From: Paraspadella gotoi
Lineage: Eukaryota; Animalia; Chaetognatha
Direction: 5' to 3'
Assembly: GCA_051294375.1 (NCBI GenBank)
Contig: CM119264.1
Location: 24,541,842-24,605,841, forward strand
DNA: 64,000 bases
Every line of letters begins with the position of its first letter. The first letter of the stretch is position 1. The position numbers were made by a program, and so were the translations under genes. The notes below the pieces were generated by a model. The model searched no databases and was not told the origin of the DNA. It saw only the letters and a program-made list of their open reading frames with translations. This document shows, piece by piece, positions 1-13,362 of the stretch.

Positions 1-703
1 ACACCCCAACGGACAGAAGAGAAATCCAACAACACGTGGGAGTACTCCCTTCAATCTATAATATTCTCTCTCTAACTCATCACTCCATCACTCCCCAATC
101 TCATCCTATCACCGATACTCATCATCTCTCTCCCTCTCCACATCATACAATCTCTCTCTCTTCACATCAGTCTCTCTCACTGGCGTTGTGATACACCTGG
201 ACTGATTAAAATAAACAAATTTAATGTATAATGTACCACCCTTTTTCCGAGTAAAAAAAATTATTTCGATGACTGTGCGACGAGGCCACCCCTCTGAGAG
301 CCTCCCAGTTTTTTTCGCCTTCTCGGAGTCAAAAACCTCGACCGAAGGAAAAGTCGAGAAAAAAGATGTTTTGGCTCCGAAGGATTATCCCTCTGTCTGT
401 CGCGGGAGAGAGGAGAGGGGAGAGAGGAGAGAGGAGAGGGGATAGAGGAGAGAGGAGAGAGGAGAGGGAGAAGGAAGAACGAAAATAAAGGATGACGTAG
501 GGAGAGAGGGAAGGGAGAGAGGAGGAGGGAGGAAGAAGTGGAGAAAAGAAAAAGAGAGAGGAGGAAGCGAGGAGAGAGGAGACGGAGGGAGGAAAAGTAG
601 ATTTGAGGGGGAAGGAGGAAGAGATGGGAGAAAAGGGAGAAAAGAATGAGGAAAACGAGTAGGGAATTGTTGGAGGAGAGGAAAGGGTCTCTCTCTTCCC
701 TCT

Positions 704-767
<64 letters not shown>

Positions 768-1827
768 TCTCTTCTTCTCCTCTTCCTCTCTCTCTCTTTC
801 GCTACTCTGGGATTCTGGCATCACGCTCAACAACACGAAACCCGTTTGACGTTTCAACCCCAGTTTTAATTTTGCTTCTGCGTCGTTTTTTGCTTGTGTT
901 TACATCTTTCCACCTGGTTTTTCTGCCTTTCCGTTCGTTTTATATAAGTTCCGTTTTTTGGTTTTTAAAATCATTTTTTCTTGCTTGGAGTTTAAACCGT
1001 TTTTTTATTCAATAGGCTTGAGTAAACAATGCCGGGATTTGCCCACGATAATTAAGAGTCGTGTAAAAGCTTATCATTCAATTTAATTAATTATAAATTT
1101 GATTTAATTATTTAAAATAATTTATCTTTTCTATTATAAAATTAATTAATTAATACAGCTTTGTATTTACATTTTAAAATAAAAAAAGTAATTAGAGATT
1201 AAATTGCTTAAAGAGATGGATTTTTTGTTTTTTTTATTTTTTGTTTCCTTTTAAATTTTAAAAATTTTAAAAATTCGGTCCTGCCTTAAACCTGGCCTTC
1301 CTTGGCGTCACCTTGCCGTCCGGGCGTTGCGTCGCGCTTGGGTTTTGTTATTTTTCGTAGCTCTTCGTCCGGCCCCACGTCGGCCTACTGCGTCGGTCTG
1401 GCGCCCGTCCGAGGATCCTCTGCCAAGAGGCGGTCCACGGGATTGCCTTACCGGGAGATGCCAATGACCTTGGACCCTCCGCCAATTCATACGTAAGGAG
1501 CTTTGGCTTGCTCTCTTCTCTCGTCTCTCTTAACTCTCGTTTCTCTCTCCCTCTCGCTCTCTCTCATCTCTCTCCTCTCTCTCTCTCTCTCCTCTACCCT
1601 CTCTCTCTTCTCTCTCTCTTAATCTTTCTCAAGTGTTCCTCTTTTTACTCCACTCAACTTTCCTCCTCTTTCGCAATTCATTTCTGTCTCTATCCTTATC
1701 CTTACCCTTTCCTCCCTCTCCTCATCTCCCTCGCCTCCTTTTTCTCTTCCCCTTCCTTCTTCCTCCTTTTTCCNNNNNNNNNNNNNNNNNNNNNNNNNAA
1801 AAAAAAAAATCAAAAATTCGTTCTTTC

Positions 1828-2303
1828 TTTTTTAGCCCCATCTGCTTTCAGCAGATTCCGGCTCTATTATTCACTTTGTTGGTCTGTCGGTTCCACCACA
1901 AATTTTATCGGTAGATTATTTAGATCATGTTAAAATATCAAATTACAGTAAATTATACAAAAAAATGATGTCCGTCCGTCCGTCAGTCTCTCTGTCCGTC
2001 CATCCATCCATCTCTTTAGCATTTAACTCTAATTACTCGAGTTTGGAAAGATAGATGAGAATAAAATTTTGTATGTGGGTATGAAAGTGTGTGATTAAGT
2101 TAGATTTAAATTTTCAAAAACATATTTTATTATTTGACTAGGATTTTTTATTTTAAATGTAAATACAAGCTGCATTAATTAATTAATTATAATATAAAAG
2201 ATAAATTATTTAATTAATTAATCAATTATATTAATTAAATAATGATAAGCTTTTTACTGCAAATTATTGTGGTCAAATCCGGCATTGTTTACTCAAGCAT
2301 ATT
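1828..2303 (+). mobile_element. DINE-1/HINE-like non-autonomous Helentron-type element
   Basis: Starts in a T run, followed by a 5' hairpin (ATCTGCT-ttc-AGCAGAT) and an internal (TCCG/TCCA)n microsatellite at ~1970-2012. The 3' subterminal repeat CAAATCCGGC is followed by a small hairpin TGTTT-actc-AAGCA. A related copy lies at 13363-14186. Confidence 0.6.
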
Positions 2304-2483
2304 GAAATAAAAGCAGTTTAACTCCAAGCAAGAAAAAATGATTTAAAAAACGAACTTTATAAAACGAACGGAAGCAGAAAAACAGGGAAAGATGTAAACC
2401 ACAGCAAAAACGACGCAGAAGCAAATAAAAAAACTGGTTGAAACGTCAAACGGTTTCGTTGTTGAGGTGATGCCAGAATCCAG

Positions 2484-2520
<37 letters not shown>

Positions 2521-3009
2521 CTGCAGTGCTTGTCGTGGTTTTCACAGTAAATCGTAATCGTCACTGAGAAGCGAATGGTGAACTCATCTGCCCTTGAAAT
2601 TCGGACGTCGAACCGAAAAAACTTTCTTTGTTAAGTTTCTTCGCAAAGTTTTACACGAGACAGACAAAGAGCTGATAAATAACATTAACGTTTTGGACTG
2701 ATTAAAAGGGATATTTTCTGACTGTTTATTATCACAAAACTATGGTTGCATGTTCTATATGTTCGTCCACAAAACTACATTTACTCAATATATTTACTCA
2801 ATCGCAGCGTTCGACTTTTCCACTCAGTCTTGAATATTTATGCAAAGCGTTTAAAGAAAGTTCGTTGAGGATAAATTGTGCAGATATCCGACGTTGTTGT
2901 CGTCATCGTCTTAAGGCTCTGAGATTCTTCAATATTGAAATATTCAAATCGTTGCGAAAAACTACTTCGACTGTGAAAGCGAAAACGAATCGGATTGAAA
3001 CCGCGACAA

Positions 3010-3047
<38 letters not shown>

Positions 3048-3611
3048 CATGGGAGGACGGAGAGAGATAAATACTTGGTTAACAATTTTTTATGTACCCT
3101 TTTCCGAGTAAAAAATTATATTCGATGACTGTGCGACGAGGCCACCTCTGAGAGCTCGCCAGTTTTTGTGTCGCCTTCCGAGTCCCTACGACCTGAGAGG
3201 TACGAGAGATGTTTTGGCTCGAAGGATTATCGCCTCTGTCTGTCGGGGGGGGGGGGGAGAGAGGAGAGGGGATAGGGGGGGAGAGGAGGAGGGGCGGGTG
3301 ACGTAGGGAGGGGGGGGGGGGGGGGGGGGGTGGGAAGAAAAGAGAAGAGGAGGACGCGAGGAGAGAGAGAGGGGTGATTTGGGGGGAGGCAGGAGAGATG
3401 GGAGAAAAGGGAGAAGGAAACGAGTAGGGAATTGGTTGGGGGAGGAAAGGAAAAGGAAGGAGAGGAAGGAAAGAGAAGAGGAGAGAAGAAGGAAAAGGAA
3501 AGGGAATAAGGAAATGAAGGGATAAGAGAGAATTATGCAGGAAAGAGAATATGAGGGAAGTAAAGAGAAAACTGAGAAGTATGAGAGCGACAGAGCAGAT
3601 GAGAGAGAGAG

Positions 3612-3645
<34 letters not shown>

Positions 3646-3987
3646 GGAGAGAGAGAAGAAGAGAGGAAACAGAAAGTTAGAGAAGAGAGAGAGAGAGAAA
3701 ACCAGCTCCTTACGTATGATTGCCGGAGGTCCAGGGTCATTGCAATCTCCCGGAAGGCCAATCCCGTGACCGCCCTCTTGGCGGGACCTCGGACGGGCGC
3801 CAGACCGACGCAGGCCGACCGTTTTTTGCTTGGGAGCCACTTGAACGAAAGCGCTAAAACACCAAGCCGACGCAACGCCGACCGCAAAGGTGACGCCAAG
3901 AAGCCAGGTTTAAGGCAGACCGAATTTTTTAAAAATTTAAAAGGAACAAATAACGAAAAAAAAAAATCAAAAATTCGTTCTTCATTC

Positions 3988-4479
3988 TTTTTACCCCATC
4001 TGCTTTCAGCAGATTCCGGCACTATTATTCACTTGTTGGTCTGTAGGTTCCACCACAAAATTTATCGGTACAATTATTTAGATCATGTTAAATATTCAAA
4101 TTACAGTAAATTATACAAAAAATGATGTCCGGTGTCCGTTTTCCGTCAGTCTTCTGTCCGTCCCATCCATAACCAGTTCTTTAGCATTTAACTCTAAATT
4201 ACTCGAGTTTGGAAAGATAGATGATGAATAAAATTTTGTATGTGGTATGAACAGTGTTGATTAAGTTAGATTTAAATGTTTCAAAAAACCATATTTTATT
4301 ATTGGACTAGGATTTTTTATTTTAAATGTAAATACAAGCTGCATTAATTAATTAATTTAATATAAAAGATAAATGTATTTACATTAATTAATCAATTATA
4401 TATATTAAATAATGATAAGCTTTTAACTGTCAAAATTATGTTGGTCAATATCGCTTGGCATTGTTTACTCAAGCATATT
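3988..4479 (+). mobile_element. Second, indel-rich copy of the DINE-1/HINE-like element (part of the duplicated block)
   Basis: Same sequence and same flanks as 1828-2303, with many extra single-base insertions; probably the same locus assembled twice. Confidence 0.5.
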
Positions 4480-5234
4480 GAAGTAAAAGCATGTTTAACT
4501 CCAAGCAAGAAAAAATGGATTTAAAAAACGAACTTTATAAAAACGTAACGTAGGAAGCAGAAAAACAGGGAAAAATGTAACCACATAGCAAACAACGACG
4601 CAGTAAGCAAAATAAAAAAACTGTTGAAACGTCAAACGGTTTTTCGTTGTTGAGGTGATCGCCAGAACCAGAAGTAGAGAGAGAGAGAGAGAGAGAGAAG
4701 AGAGAATTAGCTGGTCAGTGGCTTGTCGTTGGTTATTTCACAAGTAAATCGTCAAAATCAGTCACTGAGAAGCGAATGGTGAAACTCATATACTGCCTTG
4801 AATTCAGGACGTATCGAACCGAAAAAACTTTTCCTTTGTTAGGAAGGTTTTCTTCGGAGTTTTACAACGAGACAGACAAACGAGCTTGAATAAATAACAT
4901 TAACGTTTTTGGACTGATTAAAAGGGATATTTTCTGACTGTTTATATATCAACAAAACTAATGGTTGTCAATGTTCTATATGTTTCGTCACCAAAACTAC
5001 ATTTACCAATATAATTTACTTCAATCGCAGCGTTCCGACTTTTTCACTCAGTCTTGAATTGCAAAGCGTTTAAAGAAAGTTTCGTTGAGATAAATTGTGG
5101 CAGATATCCGACGTTGTTGTCGTCATCGTCTTTTGGCTCTGAGAATTCTTCAATATTGAAATATTCAAATCGTTGCGAAAAAACTATTCGACTGTGAAAG
5201 CGAAAACGAATCGGATTGAAAACCGCGGACAAAG

Positions 5235-5290
<56 letters not shown>

Positions 5291-7646
5291 AGCCCCCCAG
5301 AGAGAGGAGAGAGAGAGAGAGAGAGAAGAGAGAAGAGAAGGAAGAAAAGTTGATCTGAAATTACTCTCGACCTGCATAAAGAAAAGAGAAATTGAACCTG
5401 NNNNNNNNNNNNNNNNNNNNNNNNNATAGAGAACGATTTAGCTTTAAAAGGAGAAAAAAAAACAGAAAAAAAAGGGAAGAAAAAAGATTGAAATAAAGAC
5501 AGAAAGAAATTAATAACTAAAGAGGGAAGCTAAAACCGAGAAAGAAGAAGAGAGTGATAAAGACAGAAAGAAAAAGAAAGGGAGAGAGAAAGAGAGAGAG
5601 AGAGAGAAAAGAGAGAAAGGATATAAATAAAGGAAGGGATAAAAAGGGGAAAGAGCTGGGATGAACTTGAAAGGATTGTTAAGGGGAAAACGAGTTTCGC
5701 GGGAAAATAAAGAGCGGATAAAGAGACAGTTGAGAAGAGAGGCAAAGAGAGGAAAGAAAAGAAGAGAGAAAGGTCGGCGAAAAAGCAAGCGTGATTTACG
5801 GGAAGGAAAAAAAGGTCTCTTTTCTCTCTCTCTCTCTCTCGTCGACGACTCTTGTCCTGTCCGTTTGAAGACATTTCTTACCGTTTCCGGTTCTTGTCTC
5901 TCTTCAACCTTTTTTCCTTTTTTTCCTGCCCTTATTTTTCTTTTCTTTTTTCTTTTTTTACAGCCTTGTGACTTTCTACCAGTGACTTTTTTCATTTTTT
6001 CTTTTTTTTTTACTGTCAAGCTTTCTTCCTACTTTTTTCCGCTGTCTTCTTTTTTATATTTTTTCAGATCTTTATCATCACGTCTCTATTTCTTTTCCTT
6101 TCCCTTCACTTTTTCTTTAATATGTATTTTCTCTTTCAGAGTATGACTTTTCCCTTGTTTTATTTTTTTCAAATTATTAAATTTTTGAAATTACTATTCA
6201 AATATGTCATTGCAGTTTATTTCCAACTCGGCTTTCTCGAAGCATTGTAACCTTGTGGGCTCTTTTCTTCGTCGACACGAAAGTTCACATTTTTTGTTTA
6301 TACCTGAATCGGCTCTACTTTTCCTAGAGAAAAGTTTCCTCTGAATTTCGTGCCATTTTAAAATTTTTTTTAGGTAAGTAAATCCCACATTACCAGAGGG
6401 CATTAATATTGAAAGGCGAACAATTTTTTTTTTAATATTGAATCTATGAAAATAAGCTTTTTCGCGTTGTTAAAAAAACAAAAACTAAAGACTAAAAGAG
6501 GGAGAGCACTTAACAAAAAAAAAAAAGCGAGCAAAATCATTTTGCCTGATCGTCGCGCGTCACATCTATTATTTGATTTAAAGTTGACCAAAAAATTCTT
6601 AGTCTCGTTAACAACCAAAAAAAAATAGTAAAACAAACAAACCTTTAACATAACTCGTAGCCAAATCGAACCGAGTCAATGACCTACAAAATAGGTTCCT
6701 CGACGTCTAGGTCAGTTTCTTATAAGCGTGTTACTTCAACCGTTTAAAGTTATAACCTGGTGTGTTGAACCACAAACGTGGCCAGGCTTTTGTGGGGAAG
6801 GATGGCATTGTTGTAGTGAAGCGGTAAATGGGAATGGTTAACAAAACCAGAACATGACCCGATGTGGTGAAAAAAAAAAGAGTTGGTAGCGGAAAAAATC
6901 GATGAAAAGAAAAAAAAAGATACGGGTGGGGGGAGCAAAGCGACGGGTAGAAAATGGAGGGGCAAAGCGATAGGAGTGAAATGCATAGGACGGAGGGGGA
7001 AAACCGAAAGTACAGGCGCCCGGCTGTCCACGAAAGAGAAGGGGAGAGAGAGAAGAGAACATAGAGAAAGTAAAGAGAGGTAAGTTTGCGAGAGAAGAAA
7101 GACAAGGGAATTGGGAAAGAAAGGAGAGAGCAGAGAAGAAAAGAGAAAAGAAATGGGGGTCGAACCTGACTCGACAAGTCGCGAAAGTAAAGTAAGACGA
7201 GAAAATTAAAAGACGAAAAGAAAAAAAGAAAAGTGAGAGGAGGAGGAGGAGGAAGAGGGGGTGGATGACGGGGTTGGGGGGGGGGAAAGGAGGCCGAGGG
7301 ATTTGACGAAAGCATAAATCCTACCTGCTTTTAGGAGGAGGGAGATTCCGCGCTGAGTAGGAGAACCTCCGCGCTGCGTAGGAGAACGAAGGGATGGCGG
7401 GGAGAACCCAGAGGTCAGACAGTTCATGGCTCAGGGCTGAAGGGAAAGGAGGAAAAACGGCGACTAATGGACATAAAGAATTCGGGCAGGGACCGAGGGC
7501 CCGGCCGGTGGGGGGGGGGTTAGAGAGGTGGAAAGGTGGGAGACGAGGCGGAGAGAGTAAGTAGCGGCGATGGATAAGTGAAGACGAGGTAGAAGAATAC
7601 GTTGAGATCGAGTCGAGACTAAGAAAGAGAGAGAGAGAGAGAGAGA

Positions 7647-7695
<49 letters not shown>

Positions 7696-10600
7696 AAAAA
7701 TTCTGGAATATCGTTGCGACCAAGACGAGGGGAGAGCGGGGGGGGAGGAGGATCGGTGAATGTCGGTTCTGTCCGATCAAAAAGGAGATGGAATAAAGCG
7801 GTTTCGATCAAGACGTCGGGAGAGGGTAGGTCATTACGGTTAGATTATTTTTTATGTTTGGATTGCCTTTAGCCCTTAGGTATGTGGTGGGTAAAAAGGT
7901 TAGCCTCTTTCATATAATTTGGAAAATGGGTATGAAAATAATCCGATATTTGTGAAAAGGAGTGGGACTCACTGAGCGCTTGTTTATTCTTGGAAACGGA
8001 TCAAGATTTAAAAATGGAAATAATTGTTTCGGGTTTGGTCCGTAACAAGAGAGCGGCGCTTTTGGGTTTGATAATCCAACGAAATGAAAGGGCGCGTGAT
8101 TGATTTACGTGTCAAGATTTTCTGTTAAGAAGCAAAAAGGTCGTCCTTGTCGTCGTCGTCGTCGTCGTCGGCGGCGGCGGCAACAATCCCTTCTTTCGGA
8201 GTATTTTTCCTTGGTGAATTTTATGAACTTAGATCTCGCTATATAAAATTTGTATTTGTCATTATAATAGTATCATATCAATAAATTAGTTACTTGTCTT
8301 TCGAAGCCGTAGTCCCGTTCTACAAAATATTTTCACGCCGCCGTTCACGCGAAAACTACTACGATGAGTTTTTTTTTTTCTACGGTTTTTAACGCAGATC
8401 CGCGAATTTAAACCAACTCAAAAGTTATTCCATTCATCCTCGAAATATATCCGCAGCCCCAGCGAGGAGCGCCGAAGTAAAGCGACGCGCAAAGCAGGAG
8501 CACGATGATAAAATTGCGACGAGAGACAGACGCCTCCTTCCAAAAATTCACAAAAGGGTCACAGAAGAAGCTTATCTATTCCTTCATTCTTTGCGAAGAA
8601 AAATTTCGATTCGTTGTTTTGCTTCGTCAATTTTTCTTTGATAGTGCGTCTGGCGAGAGATTTTAGTAAAATTTTTACTTTCGTTACTTCTTTGGGCAAA
8701 TTCGAATCGTAAATAAGTAAAACTTTTCAAATTCGTTTTAATNNNNNNNNNNATTTTTACTTTCGTTACTTTTTTGGGCAAATTCGAATCGTAAATAAGT
8801 AAAACTTCTCAAATTCGTTTTAATTTTCAGCATCGGGGATTATTATCCATTGATTAAATAACAAAATCCTTTCTTTTTGCAAGCAGTTCATTTCACGTTC
8901 GCTTCATTCCAATCTCACGTCGTGACGAAATAAAAGAATTCACGTGAAGATACAATCTTGAAAGAGAAATTGGCGCCAAAACGCCCCGCTGGTGGTTCCT
9001 TAGGTTTTTTTCTCGCTCGCGCTTTTCATATTCTCTGTTTATGGCGAACGAGAATTCAATTTAGCTTCGAGTTTATTGTTGTTTTTTTTCTTCTTCCTTT
9101 TCCTTGATTGGTACCAACACTTTTTTTTTGTTAAAAGCTGTGAAAACCAAATGGATGTTATAAATTGAGGTAAAGAAAGGAAGGAAACGCAATAAAATAA
9201 CGTTATATTAATAGAACATCAATATTACTAAATGAAATGAAAGAATGAAATTAGAGTTCTCGCCAATCGTATCTCCATTTTCCTCTTGTTTCGGATCTAA
9301 TATTTGGGACTCCCCAGCGACGTCCGTCTCTGACACCGATCACGTGACTTTCCGACCCCGTCATTTATCGCCGGCCATTACCGCCCCCCCCCCTTCTTCT
9401 CTGCGGTCTTCCGGTCTTCCCGTTACATCGTCTCACCCCGGGTATCCCGTCCGGGCCCCGCGCTGACACCCCCCTTCGTGGTTTCCCCCGCCATTCATTC
9501 CCGGCGAGAAAGAAGGAATGATGAGCCGAAGATANNNNNNNNNNAAGGAAAGGAAAGAAAAGAAAGGAAAGAAAGAATGGGTACGAAAAAAAGGAAAGCC
9601 GACTTTTTCTCTCTCTTTTGCTCTTTTCATTTTCCTTTCGTTTTTACGATTCCTGTTTAAAGGTTGAACGAGGAAAATCGTATCGTTCGCAGGAAATCCG
9701 AATAAATCGACAACAATGTCGCATGAATTCATGAATAAAGTTATCTATTTAGTTTATTAATATTAGTTATTTCTGAAACCTTTCCCGTTCCTCTTTAAAA
9801 AAAATTTTCTTTAGTTTTCAACCCACGGTTGCAACACTAAAAAAAAAGCAAAGAGAAGTTCTCTTCATCCACTGCTTCTATTTCTATTCCCGCCCTCGCC
9901 TCCGGGCGCTGGATCTATTTCTTCTTTTTTTTCTGGGTCGGCGCGAATGGAATCCCACGGGTCATCAGATCTGTCAGCGGCCTGGAACGCCCGGCGATAT
10001 TCCTCGAAACGTCTTTCACTTCTCTTCTTCTCGCTGTAAAACCTCTGTGGGTCCACAGAGGTCGGGCCTTTGGCCTCTCGACCCTCTGTTTCCATCCCCA
10101 TCCCCGTCACGTTCGAACGTCCTTTTTTTTTGCCTCTTCTCTTTTTCAAAGACTCAAATTACCGGACCCGTTTCATCCCTCTCTCTCTTTTTTCTTTCTT
10201 CATCCAAACGACCTCTTGGAATCTATTGCTTTTCTACTACGTTTTTAAAAGGATTTTTAGTTTCCCTGCGAATACACTCTTCGGTCGCTCGTCTGTCTCA
10301 CCGAGCCTAGTCCTAGGTTTTAAATGCTTATTTCTCCGATAACACGCCATCAAATCAGTTAATACTAAATTGGTGTAACACGATACACCATAATATGCGG
10401 TTGACAGGAAAATAAATGCAGAATGAATATTTTTTTTATTAAATCGAGTTATTTTAATTAATAATTTACATAAAGGAGAGGTATCATTTTTAGTTTGTAA
10501 AGTCACGTGACCTCATCTTAGTTGGAATGTGGAATGTGGATTAAAACTTTCGTATAAAACTTAATTCAATACTTAATAATGACACACTATATGATTATCG

Positions 10601-13362
10601 CATTTTTAAAATTTCTAAACATATAAAAGAAGGCGCGCTACCTTTTCTCACTTACTTAAAAACCAAGTTCTTTTTCATTCATCATCAATCTTTACTCGCT
10701 CTCAAACGGCCATACACGTCACGTAATTCAAACTCTCCAGAGTCTTCCCCAATCCCCATCCTTTCTTTTCGCATTCAAAACGTCCTTCGTAGAAAACCTT
10801 CAACCTTTTCCTTCCAACCGATCCTCTTTTCTTCCAAACTCCTACAAGAAAAAAAAAACCCCACAAACACAAACTGGCAATCCGCCAGAAATGACTCTCT
10901 CCCTCCTTCCTTTTTCCCTGCCATTTCCGTGCAAAACATCCCTCTCAACCGCGGATATTCATTTTCTTTCTTTCTCTTTTTTTTCTTTCTTTTTCAATCA
11001 CTGCCTAGCGCTTCAAAAAGGGAAGAGGTCGACACCGAGAAGTCAACCAAGCCAAGGTGATAACCAAGATGAGACCGACCGAAATTCGACCGAAAATTTC
11101 AATTTGGATGAAATAGAAGATGAGGGCGAAAAGGAGAATAAAATAGCATAATAATAACTATAATATTCTGAGGATAAAAACTTAATAAGTTTTAAAGGAA
11201 TAATCTCAAATACGTATATCAATATCATATACACAGAGTTCAATATTATTCAATTATTCATTATTCGCATAAGAGAGGAGCGAAACGATTAAAAACGTCT
11301 AGTGAGAAAACGCGAAAAAAACAGTGATACGTAGGACGCGAAACATTTGGCGATTAAAACTCGATATGAAAGCCACAAAAAAAAAGATTTAAAAAATTGG
11401 CGAGGGGCGAAGCGAGACGCCGGAGAAAACGGGCGAGAAAAACAGCGCGGTCGCGCGGAGGGGGGAAAAAGGCGCGTACGAGGAGGAAGAGGAAACGCGG
11501 CGCGAACAAAAGCCGAGAAACAACGGGCGGGGGAGGGGGAGAGAAGGGGTAGGGATACTAGGGATAGGGAGTTCGAGGGAAAGAGTGAGAGAGTGCTAAT
11601 TAGGCCTCTAGCTTTTTTTCAACTTTCAAAGAACTGGAAAGGGAACGTGGAATAAAAGGAGTAAGAATAAGGTACCACACTCGAGTGCCACGCGAATGGA
11701 GAACCTACAAATAAATTAAAATTAATAGCTTCAAGGGAGAAAGCGATTAATCATATCCAATAGGAAGGTTTAAATTAGCTACTAACCCATTTTTAAATTT
11801 TTTTTTATGAAGAAAATCAAAATTTAAGCGAAACTTTCTTCGGCGGCTTTATACTATTTAAAGCTAACATTCCAAGAATCGACGGTGGTATTAAATTAAT
11901 AATGAAGTGCATAATTTAGGATTCTAATGCAAGAAGCTTCACTAAGAATTAGAAGCTTTACTAAGAATTAGAAACTGGAAATTTCAAAGTGTTGCACTGC
12001 ATTTACTTACTCATTAGGTCTAAACTGGTAAAGCAATGTTTAATAATAAGTATCAACTATAATTACCAAGTATTACACAAACTGATCATATTACCGTAAT
12101 TCTATGAGGTCACATGCTAACACGAGTATGAAACATTTACACAATATGCGTTTAATAATATTTCTCTGCCAAGAATGACTTAAAATGAATTTGTAACACA
12201 GATAATTAAATTGAATTTCTGGTCATGTGATCGAATTTTCTTGTAATCACGTGACTACACAATCCTGAAAACTGTACTTACGTAAGGTAACTTAGGGTAC
12301 ATCAATTTTGTACATCATTAACATAATGAAGCATTACCCGAGTTATGGGCATTAAGAACGCAAGTGGGACAGACCGAAATCGACAAGAGTCTTACAATGT
12401 TCTTTTGCTAGCATTCGTGGTGTCTCTAAAAATGTTTGATTTAATGAACCTCAACAAAACACGTTCCGACCGATCACGAGGTAGATAATCGGTCTTTCTC
12501 TTCCTATATAATTATTATCGTTGCTAGTTTTTAATGACAGCAACATCTTTTTCCTTCCTGGCTTTAATTTTTACAGCATTTTTAAATTTTAATGGATTAC
12601 TAAAAATCTTCCGCGTGTCAATTTTTTTATAAACAGTTTATATTTCTTATTAAATCCAATTCATACAAGATTGGCGATGGTCTTTTATTATTTTATTGTG
12701 AATACTACGCAAAAGAAACACAAAACGCCACACCGAGAGAAACAAAAGAACAATAGAAATAAGTTCAGCAAAGTCAATTAAATATATTGATAAATATTAT
12801 GTCTCGCCTACGTTTCTGTTTGGTCTTTTACCCTCTCTCTTGATACGTCGAATTCATTATTTTTTGACCGTCTTTTATTTGACCTTATGCGTCCAGACAA
12901 TATCTTTATGGTCTGGGGGAGACTGAGGAAATTTTAGTTCGTTTTTTGACTTTCTGTAAATGGTTAGTCCCGTCCTCAACTTGAGTTTTACGGGTATTTT
13001 ATGTGACATTAAATTGTTTGTAAACATTGTCTTCTTTTTTTTTCGCTCTTCAAGGTAATGGTAATGGTCAAGGTAATGCCTCTAGGATATCGTTTTCGAA
13101 ACAGTAGCCGGAAAATATTTTTTTACATTTATGAATTAAAAAATAGTGAGGTTATTTTAGCGCTTAGAAACGACATGAGAAACTTGATGTTGATCCCCTA
13201 ACTACGTCTTATTCTGCATAATCTTCAAGGTTTTTTGTTTACTTCTCCCTATTGCACCTCGCCTATTTCCGATTAGAGCGCTGAAATATGAATCGCTGAG
13301 CTCCTTGAATTTCTGTACTAACCCACTAAGGAATCTTTTGAACAAAAATTTAAAAAAATATT

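Larger units (their letters stand above)
236..5280. repeat. Mosaic of direct and inverted near-duplicates with dense small indels (probable noisy long-read gap fill)
   Basis: 236-680 matches 3094-3450 (direct); 790-1200 is the reverse complement of 2150-2490; 1240-1750 is the reverse complement of ~3480-3960; 1799-3045 matches 3955-5280 (direct). The copies differ mostly by 1-2 nt indels, and 25-N gaps lie at 1774-1798 and 5401-5425. Confidence 0.85.

Noticed and set aside
1-200. Odd C/A/T-rich sequence at the window start, and G/A-rich sequence at 54033-54250
   Set aside because: It resembles low-quality long-read tails in gap-filled regions; no interpretable structure.
224-7811. Many ORFs rich in (ER)n, (SL)n, F or K, also present at 48218-48676 and 50932-62323
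   Set aside because: They are translations of (GA)n/(CT)n microsatellites and homopolymer runs, which lack stop codons; they have no domain content.
8668-8824. ~70-bp direct duplication across a 10-N gap (similar at 16968-17058)
   Set aside because: Typical unmerged contig-end overlap at a scaffold gap, not a biological repeat.
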